The position numbers and the translations under genes were made by a program. A stretch of 63,381 nucleotides of DNA, the filler included, from Reclinomonas americana ATCC 50394 (lineage: Eukaryota), in assembly GCA_048213135.1 (NCBI GenBank). It is 19 parts of 19 records of this genome, joined end to end, with 100 filler letters (N's around TTAATTAATTAA, not from the genome) between each part and the next. Parts side by side here need not be neighbours in the genome. Positions count along the whole stretch, not along the records: positions 49,508 to 59,088 come from AFZH01019523.1; positions 59,189 to 61,226 come from AFZH01019531.1; positions 61,327 to 63,381 come from AFZH01019536.1; 16 more parts are not named here. One strand, written 5' to 3'. Below, piece after piece: positions 54,201 through 63,381 of the stretch (position 1 is its first letter; every line of letters starts with the position of its first letter). A model generated the notes under the pieces. The model saw only the letters and a program-made list of their open reading frames with translations. It did not search any database and was not told the origin of the DNA.

Positions 54201-57200
54201 TGCAGCAGGCGATCGAGCTGCTCGTCAGCGGCGCGGTGGTGCGTGTTTCCTTGGCATGACCTTATACAAAGCATGCTGACTGATGGCGTCTTACCGCAGC
54301 CGGAGGGTCCACAGATTGGCGCTTTCGACGGTGGCGACGACGACGACTTTGGCGTCGAGGATGACGGTTACTTGGGCGGATCGGGACGGGGTGGGCGTGG
54401 CGGGCGCGGTCAGAGATTCGAGCGGCGGCCGCGAGGAGGTGGCGGTGGTCGAGGTGGACTTGGTGGAGGTCGGCAGGAGTTTGACGGTGGGCGGCGACCA
54501 CAGTCGGCGCCGTATGCGCGAGATGATGAGGGGGCGGTGAGGCGGAAGCGGGGGAGAAGGGGTGGAGAAGAAAAGCAGTGATTGACACATTGCGTAGCAG
54601 CAGGCTCGCCCTGGTGGTGCACCGCGGCCTCCTCCTCCTCCGCCGCCGCCTCCTCCTCCTCCTCCCTCGAAGCCGGCGGCTCCGCCTCCGTCGTCGTTGG
54701 ACGCGGGGCGTGCGCTTGATTTGAGCGCTGCGGCATTTGTTCCGCGGAGATCTGATGTGCCGTCGCTGATTCAGGAGATGGTGAGTCGTTAGAATACGGC
54801 GTTTGTGTAGCAGCAATCTCAGTGCCGTGGTCGGTAGGCTGCGGCAAGCAATCAGTTTCAGCAATCGAGTCGGAGAGGTGCGTGCGTGGTGGAGGGTGAA
54901 TTCGATTTTGGCGTGCTTTGTTGAGATCTTGATGCGTTTTTTAATGTGACAAGGTGGCCGAGGCGGTCAGCATCACGAAGGCAAGTGTTCATGAGGGGGT
55001 TCGATGCGTAACTTCAACTTTTGCAACTCACTTCCCACGTTGTGCAGGCGGACGAGGCGGCCAGCAGTACCAAGGTGTGTAGTCGCCTGCTTTCAGAACC
55101 GAAGTCAACGCTTACCCTCTGCTCGTTGCGAAGGTGAACGAGGCGGTCAGTACCAACATGGTGAGCTGCCCGACAGTTTTCGATACTCTCCTTGTTGAAA
55201 CTAGTCTTTCTGTGTGGCGCAGGTGGACGTGGTGGTCAGCACTACGAAGGTGTGCAGTCGTCTGCTCGCAGCATATCTCACTTGTCTACTCTCACATTCG
55301 GCTTGTTGCAAAGGTGGTCGAGTAGGTCAACATTTCGAGGGTGAGCTGCTGCTGACGACCACAACACCGCCTCCTTGTCGAAACTTACCTTTCTCTGTGG
55401 CGTAGGTGGACGTGGCGGTCAGCACCAACGTGGTGAGTGCTTCTCGCTCATCAAGGCGGCTTTCACTTTCGTCTCTCACTGACGTGACAGACGACCGACC
55501 AGGAGCGCAACAGCAGCAGGGAGGAGCACCGCGGCCGCAGAGTTGCGTTGCTTGTGTTTTGTGTATTCCAGGTACGGGTGCTGAGTGTTGGCGACAGTTG
55601 CTGGTGCACCGCCGCCGCCACAACAACAAGAACAGCAGCAGCATCAAGGAGGTGGAGGAAACCGCGCCCCCCGGCCACAGAGTTGCGACTGTGTGGCCTT
55701 CATTGTTGCTTTGTGTGTGGGTTGCTTAGTGTCTGTGACAGGTGCTGGTGCTCCGCCGCAGCAGCAACAGCAGGCACCACCGCAGCAGCAACCACCACAG
55801 CAACAGCACCAGCAACAGCAGCAGCAACAACATGGAGGAGGAAACCGCGCTCCCCGGCCACAGAGTTTCGATAAGTGGCCTTGATTCCTGCTTTGTGTGT
55901 GGTTTGCTTAGTGTCTGTGTCAGGTGCTGGTGCGCCGCCGCAGCAACAGCAAGCGCAGCCGCAGCATCAAGGAGGTGGAGGTCGCGCTCCTCGACCAGAG
56001 AGTTACGTCTGATTGGCCTTGCGTGCCACACTGTGTGTTGCTTGCTGAATGTCGGCGATAGGTGCTGGCGCGCCGCCGCAGCAGCAACAGCAGGCACCAC
56101 CGCAGCAGCAGCAGCAGCAGGGAGGAGGAAACCGCGCTCCCCGGCCACAGAGTTACGACTGCATGGTCTTGATTGTTGCTTTGTGTGTGGGTTTCTTAGT
56201 GTCTGTGTCAGGTGCTGGTGCGCCGCCACCGCCACCTCCACAGCAACAGCAGCAGCAGGGAGGTGGAGGTCGCGCTCCTCGACCACAGAGTTGCGTCTGA
56301 GTGGTTCGTGCATGACATTGCGTGCTGGATACTCACTTCCGCCTCTCGTAGGTGCTGGTGGGCCTCCGCAGCCGCATTCACAGCAGCAACCAGCGATCAA
56401 CGTTCAAGAAGCTCAATTGCCGCAGCAAGGTTTGTGGTAAGAAGGGTGAATCCGAGATGCGTCCTTGTGAATTGACGGGCGATTGCAGATCGTGGTGGCG
56501 GTCGTGGTGGTCGCGGCGGGCGTGGTGAGACTGGGCGTTGATGATCATGTTCTCGGTTGTCGTTTTTCACACCGTGTGTACAGGTGGGCGTGGAGGCCAG
56601 CATCATCAAGGTTGATCTTGTTGCGTGTGTATGTGCGCTCTTGGTGAGACGCTCATCCCTTCGCACAGGTCGCGGTGGTGGTGATGGCGGTCGCAGCGAG
56701 CTGCAACAGCCGCAACAAGCAGGTCTGTCCGTGTTTCTCATGATGCACATGCTGCTCTGCAGTGACATTATGTCGTTGTTTCTCCAAAGGACGCGGTGAC
56801 CAGCAGCCACAGCAGCAACGACAAGGAGGTCTATCCGTGTCTCTCATGATGCGCATGCTGCTCTGCAGTGACATTATGTCGTTGTTTCACCACAGGACGC
56901 GGTAACCAGCAACCACAGCCACAACAAGCAGGTTCGTCCGTGTCACTCATGATGCACATGCTGCTTGCAGTGACATAATGTCGTTGATTCTCCGCAGGTC
57001 GCGGTGACCAGCAACCACAGCAGCCACGACAAGGAGGTTTGTGTGCGACAACCGCAATGTTTTCCGTGGTTTGCTCACTCACTGTTCTGGGTTTCGTGCA
57101 GGACGAGGTGGTGAGCAGTAGTAGCAGCGCATGCACACCTAATGGCGACGCAGATTAGCAAAGTCCTGACCGGAGAACGATGCACACAAGTACCGTAGTG

Positions 57201-57649
57201 TCACACAACAGCCTGCACAGCAGAGAATCAGCAATCACATCGTCACACAGCACAGCTCACGCGTGTGTTGTGTGTCATGGATTCATTGTTCTTGATTTCA
57301 TGCAGGGCGTGGTGGTGACCAGCAGTCACCGCAGAATTCGGGTTTGTGCCGTGTGTGCGTGCTTCGTGTGTTTCAGTGCCCGATCTTACCGCTTTCGCGC
57401 CACAGGTCGTGGAGGCGGTGGTCATGGCGGAGGCAAGTGTGGTTGTTGTTCCGCCTGTGCGGTCCTCAAACTCAAGGAGTGTACTTGCAGGTCGTGGTGG
57501 GCGAGATTGGCTGCCATCTCAGCCAGCGCCAGAGCAGCAAGGTGGGATCGCAGGTGCATGGAAGAGAGGAGTGCGATTGTTTGACATGCGGTTTCTTGTG
57601 CATAGGCGCGGCGGGATCATCGCAGGCGGGTCGGCGTGCAGAGTTTTGA
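51206..57649 (+). CDS. TDRD3: TDRD3-like protein: RMI1-type OB fold, UBA domain and long RGG/Q-rich tail; highly fragmented into exons
   Basis: Spliced peptides VLPDDIN, LEGPLVLQVGRIRNVTAP..LQVSLTDGH, INTPPGTKVELRG..NGTLLLTP..VVGGRV..LYEAWALKR, GGPPPF and UBA LESMGF..AEALRRADGNLQQAIELL follow TDRD3 order. No Tudor domain was recognised. Confidence 0.8.
51440..51695. repeat. 10-bp minisatellite GTGTGTG(C/G)AA in TDRD3-like intron 1
   Basis: About 25 tandem units read directly. Confidence 0.92.
52225..52430. repeat. 9-bp minisatellite G(C/T)TGCTCTC in a TDRD3-like intron
   Basis: About 22 tandem units; produces spurious ALA/LLS/SES ORFs. Confidence 0.92.
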
Positions 57650-58696
57650 GTGGGCGTGGAGAGAGAGTGGAGCGACAACAATAGTACTTTCTCCAACAAA
57701 GGCTTTCTAATGTTTTTGTCCAGCGTGTGTGCTTTTGAGCAGCTTTTTCTTGTGCGCAGGCGGGACGGCGTGCAGAGTTCTGTGTTGTTTGCAGCAGCAG
57801 CAGCAGCAACAACAACAACAACAACAACACACTGCACGGCAGTAACTGCTGACACTGGCTCTGCTTTCACGCAACCAGCATGTCTTGCACGTTCTTCCCC
57901 TCCACCGCCATCACTGACATAATGACGACAACGACAACACTGTGTCTGTGGTCAACGTCGCCTTCAACCCACAGTCCTCTTGTCTCGGTCATCGGTCAGT
58001 GGCTGCCTTGTTGAAATCACTCCTGCTGCAACAACAATGACAGCAACAATAACAGCTGAGCATGCCGCCTGCTCATGCCACCACCAATACGAGCCTCACC
58101 AAACCCATGACTGGCTCTCTTTTGTTCAACCACACCACAAATGACGACGCCTCCGCTGCTTTGCTATGCTCGCATCACGGATTCGGACCGGCTTGGCTTC
58201 GTTTGCCTTCCCGAATTCGCTGTGCCGTGTATGATCGCGATCTGCCCGACAAGTCGGCTGCTGCTCGGTTTCCGGCCATATATTGACAGGAATTGGCTGT
58301 TTCGCGCCTTTCCTTCTCTGACGCTGCATCCGGTATCAGATCCACGGCAAATCGTATATGCGAAATCCTTTCGAGGCCAACACGCGTTTGATTAGCTTTG
58401 CCTCCAAAGGGAAGATGACTGTTAGAGAAGAGTAGTTGTGTGTTTTGCATATTGTTGGTGTGCCAAGGTCATCGGCAAGGTATTTGTGGGCGTTTGTCGC
58501 ATTCCAATGGAATGTGGTGAATGTGTATTTTGTTGTTGAATCTGCCCGACATTCCCGACAAACACGACCTACCCGACAGCCTTGACAACATTTCGACGGG
58601 ACACGCTTCATTCCCGGCTATTTCTGACAAGTCTATCTTTGCACACACACACTCATTTTATCTTTGCCTTCTGAGCGAACGCCACCTCCCTCATTG

Positions 58697-59088
58697 ATGT
58701 GGGCCAACTCTGACCCTTATTCTGCTCCCCCGCTGGCGTTGGCGCTCGCGAATGTCCCGCTGAGCGCACACAAGTTGATTGAGCCTGCGGCCGGGAGGAG
58801 AGGCTTCAAGCCCTCGAAGCGCAACCTGCGCGCTGTTGCGACGCGATGGATGTCAGCGTGCATGGAGGTGTGGCTGTGTGTGTGTGTGTGTGAGAGAGAG
58901 AGCATGGATGATTCACCTCTCTCTCTCTCTCTCTCTCCTTCATCAATAGTACTGGTCCCTGCAGCTGGACGAGGCTGATGCGGAGGAGGCGGTGACTGAG
59001 GCGCTCAAGGCGCTCTCTTCTGACAGGCGATATGTGCGGACCGACCTGGCCGCTCACTTTGGCATCCGCAACCAAGACCTCTTCAACT
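58697..59088 (+). CDS. Hypothetical eukaryotic gene, first two putative exons (3'-truncated)
   Basis: MWANSDPYSAP..SACME, a GT..CAG microsatellite-containing intron, then in-frame LDEADAEEAVTEALKAL.. Confidence 0.5.
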
Positions 59089-59441
59089 NNNNNNNNNNNN
59101 NNNNNNNNNNNNNNNNNNNNNNNNNNNNNNNNTTAATTAATTAANNNNNNNNNNNNNNNNNNNNNNNNNNNNNNNNNNNNNNNNNNNNGGCAAAGGTGTT
59201 TTCTTTAGTCTTATAGTGCGTGCGGCTTCCACGTCTTCTTCTCCTCTCATTATGCAGCAGCTGGACTTCACCCCTTGAAGCACGGAGAAGTGCGACGAGA
59301 GGAGCGAGCATGCGTTGGAGAGGAGTAGTGAGATGGAGTCGTCGACGGTGATGTTTAATGGGTCGGGTGGCGGTGTACAGTGCCGTGATTGAAACGAGGC
59401 AAAGGTGTTTTTCGTGTTTTACATAACACTTTCTCCTCCCG

Positions 59442-60533
59442 TCACAAGGCACCCTCTAGAAAGCATCGACGATCAACAACCTCCGCCTCCTCGACCAGGA
59501 AGCAGCGCAGTACGATCTCCACCAAGCACCACCGATCCTCCTCTTCTTCTGCCTTCTCCTCGGCCTCCTGCACGGCGCACATGGCCCGACGCGCCGTGTC
59601 GAGCTCCTGCCGCGCGAGGCCGTACGGCGTCGACCACACGCGCACGGACTTGTCACGACTGCCACTCACAATGCACTGACCGTGGGGGGCGACGGCGACG
59701 CACAACGCCGTAGCCGTGTGTCCCTCCAGCCGACGCACCTCCTCTCCACTCGCCAGCGACCACACGCGCACCGTGCCATCTTCGCTGCCGCTCACAACGT
59801 GCCGGCCATCGGCGGTGACGGCGACAGATATCACTCTCTCCGTGTGTCCACTCCACCGTCGCACCTCCTCGCCCTCCTCGCCACCCGTTGCCAGCGACCA
59901 CACACGCACAGTCTTGTCGAAACTGCCGCTCACGACGTGCCGGCCGTCGGGCGTAAAGGCGACAGATATCACTCTCTCCGTGTGTCCACTCCACCGTCGC
60001 ACCTCCTCGCCCGTCGCCAACAACCACAGCCGTACACTCTGATCGCCACCTCCGCTCACCACGTGCACCCCGTCGCGGGTGATGGCGAGCGTGTTTACAA
60101 AGTGCCTTGGTGGCCACTCCAATCGCCGCACTTCCTCTCCACTCGCCAGCGACCACACTCGCGCAGCAGCTGGACATCCGCTCACCACGTGCTGCCCGTC
60201 GGGAGTGACGGCGACTGCAAACACATAACGCTCGTGTCCCTCCAATTGCCGCACTTGTTCTCCACTCGCCAGCGACCACACTCGCACAATCTTATCCGCG
60301 TGTCCACTCACAACATGCTGCCCGTCGGCACTAAAGACCACGGACAGCACCCTGCCACGGTGTCCCTCCAGTCGTCGCACCTCGTCGCCACTCGCCAGTG
60401 ACCACACACGAATGGTGGTGTCGAAGCTGCCGCTTGCAACGTGCTGACCGTCGGGAGAGACGGCGATGCAATACACGTCGACGGTGTGCCCCAGCAGGCT
60501 TTTGCAGGGGAGAGTGGGGGGCGGAGAGGTCAT
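59442..60533 (-). CDS. Intronless WD40 repeat protein (7 repeats plus acidic C-terminal tail)
   Basis: Seven GH..V..V..PDG..VVSG..D..VRVW units; likely start MTSPPP at 60533. Confidence 0.92.
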   Translation of the reverse strand: MTSPPPTLPCKSLLGHTVDVYCIAVSPDGQHVASGSFDTTIRVWSLASGDEVRRLEGHRGRVLSVVFSADGQHVVSGHADKIVRVWSLASGEQVRQLEGHERYVFAVAVTPDGQHVVSGCPAAARVWSLASGEEVRRLEWPPRHFVNTLAITRDGVHVVSGGGDQSVRLWLLATGEEVRRWSGHTERVISVAFTPDGRHVVSGSFDKTVRVWSLATGGEEGEEVRRWSGHTERVISVAVTADGRHVVSGSEDGTVRVWSLASGEEVRRLEGHTATALCVAVAPHGQCIVSGSRDKSVRVWSTPYGLARQELDTARRAMCAVQEAEEKAEEEEDRWCLVEIVLRCFLVEEAEVVDRRCFLEGAL

Positions 60534-60775
60534 GGGGAAGAGAGAAGAGGAGGAGAAGAGCAGAAGCAGCACACAGTGCACGCTCGAGCTCGAGAGACTG
60601 ATATGATTGCAATGGCCGGATTGGGACAAAGAAGTCGAAGTTGAGCGATCCATGTTGGGTACATTGACAGGCAGAAGCACCCAGCTACATAAACGTAGCG
60701 CAACAAGAAACACAAAGAGACAACAACAGAAAAGGAAATCCTCTCCCACTCTGCTTCCCAGAATTCTCTATCTCG

Positions 60776-61226
60776 TCACAGACGGAGACTATCGTCCGCG
60801 GCACATCGATTGACGATGACTTCGGCCTCCTCGACCAGGAAGCAGCGCAGTACGATCTCCGCCAGGCACCGCGGATCTTCTTCATCCTCGTCTTCCTCGC
60901 CCTCCTGAAGCATCTCCTGCACGGCGCGCATGGCCGTCTTCGCGCATGCAAGCTCCTCTCTCGCTAACGCGTATGGCGTGGACCACACGCGCACAGAGCC
61001 ACCATAACTCCCGCTCATAATTCGCTGACCATCGGGGGTTACAGTGACAGTGCGCACCGGCGCAGTGTGTCCCTCTAGCCGTCGCCATTCAGCTCCACTC
61101 GTCACTGACCACACTCGCACTGACTGGTCATAGCTCCCGCTTACAACGTGGCGACCGTCACACGTGAACACAACCGACATAACCCACGAAGTGTGTTCAA
61201 ATCGCTGCATCTCTCGCCCACTCTCG
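60776..61226 (-). CDS. Paralogous WD40 repeat protein (5'-truncated)
   Basis: Two WD repeats and the same tail VRVWSTPY.LAR.EL..CL.EIVLRCFLVEEAEV. Confidence 0.88.
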
Positions 61227-61326
61227 NNNNNNNNNNNNNNNNNNNNNNNNNNNNNNNNNNNNNNNNNNNNTTAATTAATTAANNNNNNNNNNNNNNNNNN
61301 NNNNNNNNNNNNNNNNNNNNNNNNNN

Positions 61327-62422
61327 AGGAGAAGGAGAAGATGGACTGAGTGAGAGAGGTTGTGCTGCAACAACAAGTGTAGCCGGCGCAATACCGCAAT
61401 CCAATTTGTGATAGTTGTTGTTAGACATACTGAGGTTTCTGAAGTAGAACGATCAGGAGCCAACTCATTTCAATCTCGTCGTCTCCAATCGTTCTACTTT
61501 TATTTGCTTGTTCTGAGCATAGGCAATACATTGTAGCATTCAGACTTTTCGTCTCTCTCATCGCAAGTCCACCACTCCACCCGCCCACCACCATGTCTCT
61601 TGCCCCCATTTGTTGGTGACTGATCGTCACGGAAGAAAGTACATGCGCACCACTCGCACTCAACCGACCAACAAACTCCTCGCACAAACACACTCGCCCA
61701 CCGCGAATGAGCACATGGGTACCCGACTGGGATCTCGCTGAAGACATCATCGCACCCTCCATGGCCGAACGACGCGCCTCATCCTCGTCAGCAGCAGCTC
61801 GTCTCGCAGTCGCTGATGCACTGTTTGGCGCCTCAGAAGAAGCAGAAGGAGAAGAAGATGATGGACTGAGTGAGTTTGTGCTGCAACAAGTGTAGCCGAC
61901 GCAATACCGCAATCCAATTTGTACATGCGCACTCCTGCTCAACCGACCAACAAACTCCTCACACACAAGCCCACCGCGAATGAGCACATGGGTACCCGAC
62001 TGGGATCTCGCTGAAGACATCATCGCACCCTCCATGGCCGAACGACGCGCTTCCTCTTCATCAGCAGCAGCTCGTATAGCAGTCGCTGATGCACTGTTTG
62101 GCGCCTCAGAAGAAGCAGAAGGAGAAGAAGATGATGGACTGAGTGAGGCTGGTGCTGCAACAAAAGTGTAGCCGACGCAATACCGCAATCCAATTTTGTA
62201 CATGCGCACTCCCGCTCAACCGACCAACAAACTCCTCACACACTCGCCCACCGCGAATGAGCACATGGGTTCCGGACTGGGATCTCGCTGAAGACATCAT
62301 CGCACCCTCCATGGCCGAACGACGCGCTTCCTCTTCATCAGCAGCAGCTCGTATAGCAGTCGCTGATGCACTCTTTGGCGCCTCTGAAGAAGCAGATGAT
62401 GATGGACTGAGTGAGGTTGTGC
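61327..62422 (+). repeat. Tandem copies (period 273 and 277 nt, plus a partial copy at the contig start) of a gene's upstream region and first ~56 codons
   Basis: ATGs at 61707, 61980 and 62257 each begin MSTWVPDWDLAEDIIAPSMAERR; a 3' remnant of another copy lies at 61327-61410. Confidence 0.92.
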
Positions 62423-62580
62423 TTGCGGGAGGTGATCATGTGCGCCCCGAGTCCGCTGCGCGTGTGCGTGCTGCGCGGGAGTGGGTGGGCGGGAGTGGGT
62501 TGTTTGGTGAGTTTCTGCGAGTGGCGCCGGTGTTGGCGGGCGCGCAGACGGCGATGGAGACGGAGCAGAGAGTGGCGATG
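62257..62580 (+). CDS. First exon of a possible histone deacetylase-family gene
   Basis: RPESAARVRAAREWVGGSGLFGEFLRVAPVLA..VAM followed by GTGAGA resembles the HPE.P.R..GL..P..A..VH start of HDAC domains; the remainder is not in the window. Confidence 0.45.
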
Positions 62581-62659
62581 GTGAGAAGGGGAGGAGAAGG
62601 GGAGGAGAAGTGGGGGTGGAGGGGAGGAGAAGTGGGGGAGAATGTGAATTCGCACATTT

Positions 62660-63381
62660 GTTGGGCAAGATGGGTGTGTGTGTTTTCGAGTGTTTGTGTG
62701 TGTGTGAGTGTGGGAGAGAGAGAGAGTGAGAGAGAGTGAGTGTGTGGAAGAGAGAGAGAGTGTGTGTGAGATAGAGCGTGTGTGTATTTGTGTCAGAGAG
62801 TCTCTCTCCTCACTCTCTCTTGCTTGTGTGTGAGTGAGAGTGTGAGTGTGTGTGAGAGGTAGTGTGTGTGTGAGTGTGTGTGAGGGAGTGTGTGTGTTTG
62901 AGTGAGTGTGTTAGTGTGTGTTTGTGTCAGAGAGATCTTCTCACTCTCCTCGCGCTTTCTTGCTTGTGTTTGAGCGAGTGTGAGTGAGTGTGAGTGCTAG
63001 AGTGTGTGTATGAGTGTGTGAGAGTGTGTGTCTTTGAGTCTGTGAGCGAAGGCGTTTGTGTCAGAGAGATCTCGTCTTCTTTTTTTTCTCTTGTCTCCTC
63101 TCTCCCTGTCTCTCTCTTCCTCCCTCACTCGCTTGTGTGTGAGTGAGCAAGAGAGATAGAGATAGAGAGTGAGAAGGAGTCGGACATCAGTCGTGTTTGT
63201 GATCTTTGTTGTCATATCTTGTCATCTCACAACCTTCTGTGTAAGCCATCCCTCTCTCTCTCTCCCTCACTCCCTTCCCCCTCACCCTTTCCCCTTCATT
63301 CCCTCCCCCCTCACATCTTCTTCACTCCTCTCTCTTTGTGTGAGCCTGCCCTTGAACATCTCTTTCTCTCTCTCTCTCTCT
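62660..63381. repeat. GT/GA/CT microsatellite-rich tract, probably intronic
   Basis: Continuous dinucleotide low-complexity sequence. Confidence 0.85.

Noticed and set aside
60534..60749. Hydrophobic N-terminal extension (signal/TM) on the WD40 protein
   Set aside because: Derived from low-complexity intergenic sequence with a non-ATG start; the ATG at 60533 is more plausible.

Overview
This is not one contiguous genome. It is 19 contigs joined by 18 identical artificial 100-nt linkers (N44-TTAATTAATTAA-N44, stop codons in all six frames), and it mixes two organisms. Contigs at 1-16811 and 45981-63381 come from an intron-rich, microsatellite-rich eukaryote, probably a flagellated protist. 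They carry neurofibromin/NF1 split over two contigs, SAS-6, a giant HECTD4/MYCBP2-like fragment with a LamG-like domain, LETM1, a DHHC palmitoyltransferase, a TDRD3-like gene, tandem WD40 genes and an HDAC-like gene start. Contigs at 16912-45880 are short, unlinked pieces of a GC-rich Hyphomicrobiales alphaproteobacterium (Bosea-like by my judgement, unverified), with mostly ordinary genes: ispE, tctABC, hsp20, ptrB, mucR, an Fe-type ABC transporter, an HWE kinase, pstS, csbD, kynA and others. The most unusual signals are in the eukaryote. (1) At two independent loci the promoter plus 5' coding end of a gene is tandemly repeated 3-4 times, and the truncated upstream copies differ almost only at synonymous positions. 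(2) The TDRD3-like gene builds its RGG/Q-rich tail from 20 or more symmetric phase-1 micro-exons, including seven of exactly 27 nt. (3) An intronless tandem WD40 family shares a distinctive acidic C-terminal tail and shows internal repeat homogenisation. In the bacterium, an atypical kynureninase-like PLP enzyme lies divergent from kynA across a palindromic operator. All exon boundaries and family calls were made by eye from remembered motifs; no searches were run.
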